Positions 51,825 through 64,000 of a stretch of DNA of 64,000 nt are shown here, in pieces. Both the position numbers and the translations under genes were made by a program. The notes under the pieces are model-generated. The model saw only the letters and a program-made list of their open reading frames with translations. It made no database searches and was not told the origin of the DNA. Position 1 is the stretch's first letter; the number at the start of each line of letters is the position of its first letter. This stretch comes from Eledone cirrhosa (taxonomy: Eukaryota): positions 33,356,001-33,420,000 of the forward strand of contig OZ024757.1 of NCBI GenBank assembly GCA_964016885.1, read 5' to 3'.

Positions 51825-53477
51825 TGTCTCGGCAGCTAACAACTGACGCAGGCAGTTTGTTCTATGCTTCGACAACTCTGAGCGTGAAAAAATGTTTACG
51901 AAAGTCATGGGAGCTGCGCTGTTTTCTGATTTTGTAGGCATGTCCACGTGTGTTAGACACATGGAGATCAAAAAGGTGCTCAGGGTTGTTGTTGGCGAGA
52001 TGGTTAATAATTTTGTGGGTATTCACCAAGTCCATTGCCAGACGTCGGAGCTTCAATGAATCCATGCCCAGGGAAGCAAGGCGTTCAGAGTATGGTAGGT
52101 GTCTGATGGAGGGTATGCGCTTGGTTGCACGTCTCTGAACAGTTTCCAGGAGGTCAATGTTCTGAGCAAGATAGGGGTTCCAGACTGATGATGCGAATTC
52201 CAAGTGTGGTCGTACCATAGCTGTATACATTTTTAAATAGATGGCTGGAGAGCGGCTAACAAAGGTCTTGCTGAGTGATGCCAAGACACCCTCGGCTTTC
52301 TTGACAATCTTAGAGACATGCTTTGTCCAACGCAAATCGCTGCTGACAGTAATGCCCAGGTCACGTTCACAAGAGGACTTCTTGATATCAGTGTTGTGGA
52401 GGGAGTATGTGGACGCTGGATTTTCCCTCCCAAAATGCATGGTGGTACACTTGTCCACAGCCAGCTTCAGTTGACAGTCTGTGATCCATTGCTGCATTGT
52501 GTCCAGGTCTGATTGTAGGAAAGAGTTGTAGATTTCAGGATTAGTCCTTTTGATTTCAAGGTACAGCTTGATGTCATCTGCATATTTCCGTACCGTGGCA
52601 TTCTGTAAGTTGGCATCTCTGTCATTAATATATGCCACAAAGAAAAGGGGACCAAGAACAGATCCCTGTGGTACACCAGATGACATCTCATATGGTGAAG
52701 AATGCTGTGCTAGAACCGTGACTACCTCTTTTCGGCTGAGAATGAAGGATTTCAACCAGTCAAAAAGATCATCCCTCACACCCATTGCAGAGAGTTTTGC
52801 CATAAGTCTTTTGTGTGGCACAGAATTAAAAACCTTATCAAATCAAGGTAAACAACATTCACCCATGAGCCGCTGTCAGTGATCCGGGTGATGTCTTCAA
52901 GGAACTCGATAAGCTGATCACAGCAGCTGGAATTAGGGATAAATCCAAACTGTGAGGGCCGGATGAGGCTGTGAGAGCTCCAGAAGTTCCAAAGTGTTTC
53001 TCTGACACAGGATTCCATCAGTTTGGCCATACAGCTAGTAAGACTGACTGGACGATAGTTGACAGGTGACATGCGGTTGCCCTTTTTGAACAGGGGAATG
53101 ACACTGGCAGTTTTCTACGGCTCCGGAGTAGCACCATTGTTGAGACAGTATTGAAAGAAGAAAGAAAGCTGGTGCAAAAGGAAATACCCGCCACGTTTGA
53201 GAAGCAGGTATGTAACACCATCAAGACCAGGGGAGGCATAGTTGCGCTTATTCTTAAGGTGACGTTGCAACATTGCAGGTGTAAATTCCATAGTTGTTAT
53301 GGAATTTGATGTTAGAGATGGTGGAGATGGTACATTCTGGTTTTCAAGAGTAAAAATACTTGCATAGCACTCAGCAATGAGTTCTGCGCATTCTTTGGGA
53401 TCGTCAGTGATCTGGCTTGTGTGGGGATTGCGAAGAGGACCAACGGGATGGAGAGTGAGGTCTCTGATTTGAATGAA
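51825..53477 (-). pseudogene. LINE RT copy 7 (matches copy 3)
   Basis: Shares VRKYADD, VVEA* and PEP* variants with copy 3. Confidence 0.9.
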
Positions 53478-54555
53478 CATATATGTATATATATAGATAA
53501 TATATAAACATGATAGATAATTATGGGTACATATATAGATGTGTGTGTGTGTGTAAAAGGTAAACAGAAATAACAACACAATCGCTACAGTATATGGAAG
53601 GAATACATTAGTTTAACATATATATATACACACAAACACATAATGCAGTCATAGTGCCGTTTATACTTTTCAAGAAAAGATTGATATTTAAAAAAAATCG
53701 AATCTTTAGATTAATTTATCGAATTATTGAGAAAAGTTTTACACTTTCTTTTATTGATCATTAGCAATGTTTAGAGATAAATTTTATTCATAGTTGTATA
53801 AATAACGTTACAAATTGTTGATAATTCTTACAGAATGAAAGTATAAATACAATTAATTATTGCTAGGAACCTTATAAATATAATATACAAAAATATATAA
53901 ACAAAGCGAGTGAAAAAGAAAACGAAAAATAAGGATTCTAAGAAAAGAGAGGAAGATAGGCAATACTTCATACAATTTATGTTCCAAGGGAAATAACCCA
54001 AGTGACAGCATAGCCTTGTGTGTGCAATGCTGTCACTTGGGTTATTTCCCTTGGAACACAAATTGTATGAAGTATTGCCTATCTTCCTCTCTTTTCTTAG
54101 AATCCTTGTTTTTCGTTTTCTTTTTCACTCGCTTTGTTTATTTATTTTTGTATATTATATTTATAAGGTTCCTAGCAATAATTAATTGTATTTATACTTT
54201 CATTCTATAAGAATTATCAACAATTTGTAACGTTATTTATACAACTATGAATAAAATTTATCTCTAAACATTGCTAATGATCAATAAAAGAAAGTGTAAA
54301 ACTTTTCTCAATAATTCGATAAATTAATCTAAAGATTCGATTTTTTTTAAATATCAATCTTTTCTTGAAAAGTATAAACGACACTATGACTGCATTATGT
54401 GTTTGTGTGTATATCTATATGTTAAACTAATGTATTCCTTCCATATACTGTACCGATTGTGTTGTTATTTCTGTTTACATTTTACGCGCACACACGCACA
54501 CATATCTATATATATACCCATAATTATCTATCATGTTTATATATTATCTATATAT
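53478..54555. repeat. Palindrome, centre ~54019
   Basis: Same arms and spacer. Confidence 0.93.
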
Positions 54556-55852
54556 GTCGTATATATATATATATATTTATATACAAGAAGAAGAAGAAGA
54601 GATACTGAACTACATTATTTAGTGAGTTTCCATATATTTAGGATAGTAGGGTGTCCTTTGTAGGACATTGAGGGATATTTGACTCTTATTTCTAGCTGGT
54701 TGGGTGACCATTTAGAGGCTCAATCGGTGGCTCCTTTTTGTTATTAAGATGTTGGTGTTGTTTAGCCCTAGGTCTGGTTCAGCTCCGGCAGACCTTGGAG
54801 CAGAAGCCTTCTATACCCCGACCACCTTAATCTTTTTTTTTTTTGCAGGCACTCAACTAGATTATTCAATGAGTTCTTCCTTTATTTAAGATGGTAGAGT
54901 TTGGTTTGAAGGATATTTGACTATTATTTCTAGCGAAGTAGATGACCATGAAGAGACAGTCCCTGTTATATCAAACACAGTAATGTCTATGTTTTATTAA
55001 ACACTGAATTCTTTAGGAATTACTCAGCAAAATAGGAAGTCATGACTCCCTCCATTTGATGAATATAGGAAATAGTTTATATCAATATCAAATGATTAAA
55101 AAGTTTTCTTCGCAATCACCAGTTCAACCTCTCACTCCATGTCTTCATGAGCAAGTGACTTTACCATAGGCCCAGGATGGCCAAAGCTTTGGAGTGAAAT
55201 TGGATAGCCAGAAATTGTTTGGAAGCCTGATGGATTCATTGCATCTGTAACTCAAAGGGTCAGGTCTGTCCATTGCCAGATTTACCATTGTGCTGAGGTG
55301 TGCTTAAGCACAGGGCTCTGTTGGCCAAGGTGGGTGGGTGGTGTAATCTTTCTGCGCCATTTTTTACCTCCTTCCGGGTCCAAATAAGGGGCCTCACAAT
55401 TTAACTAGCAGAGGACTTCATCTGTCTAAAATTCAGCACTGTATACCATAGGCCCAGGATGGCCAAAACTTTGGAGTGAAATTGAGCAGACAGAAACTGG
55501 TTGAAAGCCTATTGGTTTCATTGCATCTGCAATTCAAATAGCTGGACTTGTGTGAATGTGAGAAGTAAATTGTTTGGATAAAATGTCATTGTAGTACTTG
55601 TTGTTCTTTACATTTTAAAGTGAAATTCTACTAAGGTCGACCTTGCCTTTCATCCTTTCTGGGTTGATAGAATAAAGTAGCAGTCTAATAGTGGGGTCAA
55701 TTCTTTCTCTATATCTCTTTCTCAGAGAGATGGAGAGAGAGAGAGAGACATACAGAAGGAGAGAAGAGAGAGAGAGAGAGAGAGAGAAGAGAGACACACA
55801 TACAGAAGGAGAGAAAAGAGATAAAGAGAAGAGAGATAGAAAGACACACAAC

Positions 55853-55918
<66 letters not shown>

Positions 55919-56820
55919 CCAAGTACTGGACTGGTTCTGGTATTTTATTTATCGACCCCCAAATGAAGAAAGACAAAGTTGACTACAGTGGGGCGGGATT
56001 TGAACTCAACGTAATAAGCTGGAATAAAAAACGAGTCATTTTAAATTTGACACCATGAGGACTCTGTCAATTTGCCACATTCAGGCTTTAATAAAATGCA
56101 GCCGAGAGAGGGTGAAGAAGAAGCAGATAAAGAAAATCTTGGTCTGACAGCATCAAAGACTGAACTGGTCATATCACCAAGACCCTTCTATGTCTGATGA
56201 GGAACAGAGACCAGAGGTGACAACTGACTGCGGGAGTGGCTAGAGTGACACCCTAAAGATTGGTTGCAACAGTTGTGGATACATGATGGTGATGATAGTA
56301 TGGTATAGTGTAGCTTAAGATAGTATAGTATAGTATAGTTTATTATAGTATAGTATAGTATAGTATAGTTTATTATAGTATAGTTTATTAGAGTATAGTT
56401 TAGTAGAGTTTAGTTTAATTTAGTATATTATAGTATTGTTTAGTATAGTATAGTTTAGTATAGTTTATTATAGTATAGTTTAGTATAGTATAGTATAGTT
56501 AAGTATAGTATGGTATAGTATAGTTTAATATAGTATAGTTTAGTATAATATAGTATAGTTTAGTTAAGTATAATATAGTTTAGTATAGTATAGTTTACTA
56601 TAGTAAAGTATAGTATAGTATAGTATAGTTTAGTATAGTATAGTTTAGTATGATATAGTAAAGTATAGTATAGTAAAGTATTAATTTTTTTACACCCATA
56701 CATAGATTAGCATGGGGTGAGGGTGCAAGGGGGTTAGAGGCTATATTTGTGTGTTTGTGTGTGTGCGTGAGGGAGGGGGACACCCACCATCATCTTGTAC
56801 TAACATGGCCTTGACTATGT

Positions 56821-56858
<38 letters not shown>

Positions 56859-57469
56859 CAAAGTATATTCCTTCCATATACTGTACCGATTGTGTTGTTA
56901 TTTCTGTTTACCTTTTACATATACAGACATATATATATATACACATATATGTATACACACATAAACACACACATATATATATACACACCACACCACACAT
57001 ATATATATAATATATATATACACACTCAAATAAACATACATACATATATAAATATATATGTCCTACCCTTGCAAACAGGGAAAAGTGGATGTAAAATGAT
57101 GATGATGATGATATATATATATACACCACAACACACATATATATATAATATATATATACACTCATAAATACACATACATACACATATACATATATATATA
57201 TATATATATATATCATTTCATTTTATGTCCGCTTTTCCCTGCTTGCAAGGGTGGGACGGGAACTGATTCTGGCTAGATTTCTATAGCTGGATGCCCTTCC
57301 TAACACCAACCTCATTTACAGTGATTGCTGGGTTCTTTTTTTCCGTGGCACCTCCACGTCCACTTTGCAGTGTGGGCTGTGTGCTTTTTTGCTGTGGCAC
57401 CTCCACGACCACTTTGGAGTGGAATGATAGGGACCTCAGTCCCTATCATCTCATTTCTACAGCTGAGTA

Positions 57470-57507
<38 letters not shown>

Positions 57508-57551
57508 AAATCAAAAGATGGTTAAAAGAGTTCCAAGTATTTTATTATGTG

Positions 57552-59205
57552 TTTCTCAGCAGCTAACAACTGACGCAGGCAGTTTGTTCTATGCTTCGGC
57601 AACTCTGAGCGTGAAAAAATGTTTACGAAAGTCATGGGAGCTGCGCTGTTTTCTGATTTTGTAGGCATGTCCACGTGTGTTAGACACATGGAGATCAAAA
57701 AGGTGCTCAGGGTTGTTGTTGGCGAGATGGTTAATAATATTGTAGGTATTCACCAAGTCCATTGCCAGACGTCGGAGCTTCAATGAATCCATGCCCAGGG
57801 AAGCAAGGCGTTCAGAGTATGGTAGGTGTCTGATGGAGGGTATGCGCTTGGTTGCACGTCTCTGAACAGTTTCCAGGAGGTCAATGTTCTGAGCAAGATA
57901 GGGGTTCCAGACTGATGATGCGAATTCCAAGTGTGGTCGTACCATAGCTGTATACATTTTTAAATAGATGGCTGGAGAGCGGCTAACAAAGGTCTTGCTG
58001 AGTGATGCCAAGACACCCTCGGCTTTCTTGACAATCTTAGAGACATGCTTTGTCCAACGCAAATCGCTGCTGACAGTAATGCCCAGGTCACGTTCACAAG
58101 AGGACTTCTTGATATCAGTGTTGTGGAGGGAGTATGTGGACGCTGGATTTTCCCTCCGAAAATGCATGGTGGTACACTTGTCCACAGCCAGCTTCAGTTG
58201 ACAGTCTGTGATCCATTGCTGCATTATGTCCAGGTCTGATTGTAGGAAAGAGTTGTAGATTTCAGGATCACTCCTTTTGATTTCAAGGTACAGCTTGATG
58301 TCATCTGCATATTTCAGTACCGTGGCATTCTGTAAGTTGGCATCTATGTCATTAATATATGCCACAAAGAAAAGGGGACCAAGAACAGATCCCTGTGGTA
58401 CAGCAGATGACATCTCATATGGTGAAGAATGCTGTCCTAGAACCGTGACTACCTCTTTTCGGCTGAGAATGAAGGATTTCAACCAGTCGAAAAGATCATC
58501 CCTCACACCCATTGCAGAGAGTTTTGCCATAAGTCTTTTGTGTGGCACAGAATTAAAAGCCTCAGCATAGTCAAGGTAAACAACATCCACCCATGAGCCG
58601 CTGTCAGTGATCCGGGTGATCTCTTCAAGGAACTCGATAAGCTGATCACAGCAGCTGGAGTTAGGGATAAATCCAAACTGTGAGGGCCGGATGAGGCTGT
58701 GAGAGCTCCAGAAATTCTAAAGTGTTTCTCTGACACAGGATTCCATCAGTTTGGCCATACAGCTAGTAAGACTGACTGGACGATAGTTGACAGGTGACAT
58801 GCGGTTGCCCTTTTTGAACAGGGGAATGACACTGGCAGTTTTCCACGGCTCCGGAGTAGCACCATTGTTGAGACAGTATTGAAAGAAGAAAGAAAGCTAG
58901 TGCAAAAGGAAATACCCGCCACGTTTGAGAAGCAGGTATGTAACACCATCAAGACCAGGGGAGGCATAGTTGCGCTTATTCTTAAGGTGACGTCGCAACA
59001 TTGCAGGTGTAATTTCCATAGTTATTATGGAATTTGATGTTAGAGATGGTGGAGATGGTACATTCTGGTTTTCAAGAGTAAAAATACTTGCATAGCAATC
59101 AGCAATGAGTTCTGCGCCTTCTTTGGGATCGTCAGTGATCTGGCTTGTGTGGGGATTGCGAAGAGGACCAACGGGATGGAGAGTGAGGTCTCTGATTTGA
59201 ATGAA
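57552..59205 (-). pseudogene. LINE RT copy 8 (in frame at YLDYAEAF; two upstream stops)
   Basis: ORFs 57589..58590 and 58897..59301. Confidence 0.9.
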
Positions 59206-60289
59206 CATATATGTATATATATAGATAATATATAAACATGATAGATAATTATGGGTACATATATAGATGTGTGTGTAAAAGGTAAACAGAAATAACAACA
59301 CGATCGGTACAGTATATGGAAGAAATACATTAGTTTAACATATATATATACACACAAACACATAATGCAGTCATAGTGCCGTTAATACTTTTCAAGAAAA
59401 GATTGATATTTTTAAAAAATCGAATCTTTAGATTAATTTATCGAATTATTGAGAAAAGTTTTACACTTTCTTTTATTGATCATTAGCAATGTTTAGAGAT
59501 AAATTTTATTCATAGTTGTATAAATAACGTTACAAATTGTTGATAATTCTTACAGAATGAAAGTATAAATACAATTAATTATTGCTAGGAACCTTATAAA
59601 TATAATATACAAAAATATATAAACAAAGCGAGTGAAAAAGAAAACGAAAAACAAGGATTCTAAGAAAAGAGAGGAAGATAGGCAATACTTCATACAATTT
59701 GTGTTCCAAGGGAAATAACCCAAGTGACAGCATTGCCTTGTGTGTGCAATGCTGTCACTTGGGTTACTTCCCTTGGCACACAAATTATATGAAGTATTGC
59801 CTATCTTCCTCTCTTTTTTTAGAATCCTTGTTTTTCTTTTTCTTTTTCACTCGCCTTGTTTATATATTTTTGTATATTATATTTATAAGGTTCCTAGCAA
59901 TAATTAATCGTATTTATACTTTCATTCTGTAAGAATTATCAACAATTTGTAACGTTATTTATACAACTATGAATAAAACGTATCTCTAAACATTGCTAAT
60001 GAAAAATAAAAGAAAGTGTAAAACATTTCTCAATAATTCGATAAATTAATCTAAAGATTCGATTTTTTAAAAATATCAATCTTTTCTCGAAAAGTATAAA
60101 CGGCACTATGACTGCATTATGTGTTTGTGTGTATATATATATGTTAAACTAATGTATTCCTTCCATATACTGTACCGATTGTGTTGTTATTTCTGTTTAC
60201 ATTTTACGCACACACACACACACACACGCATCTATATATCTATATATATACCCATAATTATCTATCATGTTTATATATTATCTATATAT

Positions 60290-60290
<1 letters not shown>
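59206..60290. repeat. Palindrome, centre ~59741
   Basis: Same arms and spacer as unit 1. Confidence 0.93.
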
Positions 60291-60337
<47 letters not shown>

Positions 60338-61567
60338 TTATATATAAGAAGAAGAAGAAGAGATACTGAACTACATTATTTAGTGAGTTTCCATATATTT
60401 AGGATAGTAGGGTGTCCTTTGTAGGACATTGAGGGATATTTGACTCTTATTTCTAGCTGGTTGGGTGACCATTTAGAGGCTCAATCGGTGGCTCCTTTTT
60501 GTTATCAAGATGTTGGTGTTGTTTAGCCCTAGGTCTGGCTAGGCTCCGACAAACCTTGGAGCAGAAGCCTTCTATGCCCCGACCACCTTAGTCTTTTTTT
60601 TTTTTGCAGGCACTCAACTAGATTATTCAATGAGTTCTTCCTTTATTTAAGATGGTAGAGTTTGGTTTGAAGAGTATTTGACTATTATTTCTAGCGAAGT
60701 AGATGACCATGAACAGACAGTCCCTGTTATATCAAACACAGTAATGTCTATGTTTTATTAAACACTGAATTCTTTAGGAATTACTCAGCAAAATAGGAAT
60801 TCATGACTCCCTCCATTTGATGAATATAGGAAATAGTTTATATCAATATCAAATGATTAAAAAGTTTTCTTCACAATCACCAGTTCAACCTCTCACTCCA
60901 TGTCTTCATGAGCAAGTGACTTTACCATAGGCCCAGGATGGCCAAAGCTTTGGAGTGAAATTGGATAGCTAGAAACTGTTTGGAAGCCTGATAGATTCAT
61001 TGCATCTGTAATTCAAAGGGTCAGGTCTGTCCATTGCCAGATTTACCATTGTGCTGAGGTGTGCTTAAGCACAGGGCTCTGTTGGCCAAGGTGGGTGGGT
61101 GGTGTAATCTGTCTGCCCCATTTTTTACCTCCTTCTGGGTCCAAGTAAGGGGCCTCATAATTTAACTAGCATAGGACTTCATCTGTCTAAAATTCAGCAC
61201 TGTATACCATAGGCCCAGGATGGCCAAAACTTTGGAGTGAAATTGAGTAGACAGAAACTGGTAGAAAGCCTATTGGTTTCATTGCATCTGCAATTCAAAT
61301 AGCTGGACTTGTGTGAATGTGAGAAATAAATTGTTTGGATAAAATGTCATTGCAGTACTTGTTGTTCTTTACATTTTAAAGTGAAATTCTACTAAGGTCG
61401 ACCTTGCCTTTCATCCTTTCCGGGTTGATAGAATAAAGTAGCAGTCTAATAGTGGGGTCGATTCTTTCTCCATATCTCTTTCTCAGAGAGACAGAGAGAG
61501 AGAGAGAGAGACTTACAGAAGGAGAGAAAAGAGAGAGAGAGAGAGAAGAGAGACACACATACAGAAG

Positions 61568-61610
<43 letters not shown>

Positions 61611-61696
61611 AGACACACATACAGAAGGAGAGAAAAGAGATAAAGAGAAGAGAGAGAGAGTAAGAAGAGAGATAAAAAGACACCCAACGATAGAGC

Positions 61697-61729
<33 letters not shown>

Positions 61730-62632
61730 CCCAAGTACTGGACTGGTTTTGGTATTTTATTTATCGACCCCCAAATGAAGAAAGACAAAGTTGACTACAG
61801 TGGGGCGGGATTTGAACTCAACGTAATAAGCTGGAATAAAAAACGAGTCATTTTAAATTTGACACCATGAGGACTCTGTCAATTTGCCACATTCAGGCTT
61901 TAATAAAATGCAGCCGAGAGAGGGTGAAGAAGAAGCAGATAAAGAAAATCTTGGTCTGACAGCATCAAAGACTGAACTGGTCATATCACCAAGACCCTTC
62001 TATGTCTGATGAGGAACAGAGACCAGAGGTGACAACTGACTGCGGGAGTGGCTAGAGTGACACCCTAAAGATTGGTTGCAACAGTTGTGGATACATGATG
62101 GTGATGATAGTATGGTATAGTGTAGCTTAAGATAGTATAGTATAGTATAGTTTATTATAGTATAGTATAGTATAGTATAGTTTATTATAGTATAGTTTAT
62201 TAGAGTATAGTTTAGTAGAGTTTAGTTTAATTTAGTATATTATAGTATTGTTTAGTATAGTATAGTTTAGTATAGTTTATTATAGTATAGTTTAGTATAG
62301 TATAGTATAGTTAAGTATAGTATGGTATAGTATAGTTTAATATAGTATAGTTTAGTATAATATAGTATAGTTTAGTTAAGTATAATATAGTTTAGTATAG
62401 TATAGTTTACTATAGTAAAGTATAGTATAGTATAGTATAGTTTAGTATAGTATAGTTTAGTATGATATAGTAAAGTATAGTATAGTAAAGTATTAATTTT
62501 TTTACACCCATACATAGATTAGCATGGGGTGAGGGTGCAAGGGGGGTAGAGGCTATATTTGTGTGTTTGTGTGTGTGCGTGAGGGAGGGGGACACCCACC
62601 ATCATCTTGTACTAACATGGCCTTGACTATGT

Positions 62633-62670
<38 letters not shown>

Positions 62671-63278
62671 CAAAGTATATTCCTTCCATATACTGTACCG
62701 ATTGTGTTGTTATTTCTGTTTACCTTTTACATATACAGACATATATATATATACACATATATGTATACACACATAAACACACACATATATATATACACAC
62801 CACACCACACATATATATATAATATATATATACACACTCAAATAAACATACATACATATATAAATATATATGTCCTACCCTTGCAAACAGGGAAAAGCGG
62901 ATGTAAAATGATGATGATGATATATATATATACACCACAACACACATATATATATATAATATATATATACACTCATAAATACACATACATACACATATAC
63001 ATATATATATATATATATATATCATTTCATTTTATGTCCGCTTTTCCCTGCTTGCAAGGGTGGGACGGGAACTGATTCTGGCTAGATTTCTATAGCTGGA
63101 TGCCCTTCCTAACACCAACCTCATTTACAGTGATTGCTGGGTTCTTTTTTTCCGTGGCACCTCCACGTCCACTTTGCAGTGTGGGCTGTGTGCTTTTTTG
63201 CTGTGGCACCTCCACGACCACTTTGGAGTGGAATGATAGGGACCTCAGTCCCTATCATCTCATTTCTACAGCTGAGTA

Positions 63279-63316
<38 letters not shown>

Positions 63317-63360
63317 AAATCAAAAGATGGTTAAAAGAGTTCCAAGTATTTTATTATGTG

Positions 63361-64000
63361 TGTCTCGGCAGCTAACAACTGACGCAGGCAGTATGTTCTA
63401 TGCTTCGGCAACTCTGAGCGTGAAAAAATGTTTACGAAAGTCATGGGAGCTGCGCTGTTTTCTGATTTTGTAGGCATGTCCACGTGTGTTAGACACATGG
63501 AGATCAAAAAGGTGCTCAGGGTTGTTGTTGGCGAGATGGTTAATAATTTTGTGGGTATTCACCAAGTCCATTGCCAGACGTCGGAGCTTCAATGAATCCA
63601 TGCCCAGGGAAGCAAGGCGTTCAGAGTATGGTAGGTGTCTGATGGAGGGTATGCGCTTGGTTGCACGTCTCTGGACAGTTTCCAGGAGGTCAATGTTCTG
63701 AGCAAGATAGGGGTTCCAGACTGATGATGCGAATTCCAAGTGTGGTCGTACCATAGCTGTATACATTTTTAAATAGATGGCTGGAGAGCGGCTAACAAAG
63801 GTCTTGCTGAGTGATGCCAAGACACCCTCGGCTTTCTTGACAATCTTAGAGACATGCTTTGTCCAACGCAAATCGCTGCTGACAGTAATGCCCAGGTCAC
63901 GTTCACAAGAGGACTTCTTGATATCAGTGTTGTGGAGGGAGTATGTGGACGCTGGATTTTTCCTCCCAAAATGCATGGTGGTACACTTGTCCACAGCCAG
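63361..64000 (-). pseudogene. LINE RT copy 9 (cut by the window edge)
   Basis: ORF 63398..63994. Confidence 0.88.

Larger units (their letters stand above)
21284..64000. repeat. Macrosatellite tandem array of LINE-RT plus palindrome units; runs off the window end
   Basis: Equivalent RT stop codons at 26993, 30560, 36544, 42331, 48295, 51862, 57589 and 63398; spacings 3567, 5984, 5787, 5964, 3567, 5727 and 5809. Confidence 0.97.

Overview
AT-rich, microsatellite-dense eukaryotic DNA; the SINE, RTE and MITE landscape resembles a cephalopod (Octopus-like), which is an inference. 1-20 kb holds the last three coding exons of a BEN-domain gene (+ strand; 754-861, 2347-2464, 3690-3844) among decayed repeats: a CR1/L2-type LINE 3' end, a TIR-bounded mariner, SINEs, MITEs, RTE and CRE-clade fragments, minisatellites, and several fold-back palindromes with Penelope-type minimal hammerhead ribozyme motifs. 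From about 20 kb to the window end lies a young macrosatellite of 5.7-6.0 kb units. Each unit contains an endonuclease-less CR1/L2 RT fragment (- strand), a ~1.07 kb near-perfect palindrome with a 9-nt spacer, a unique segment, an RTE 3' tail, a (TAGTA)n block and SINE pieces. Two 3.57 kb variants have lost the palindrome, and there is a 21.3 kb higher-order period. The array begins with a larger inverted duplication. All coordinates were read by eye and repeat boundaries are approximate.
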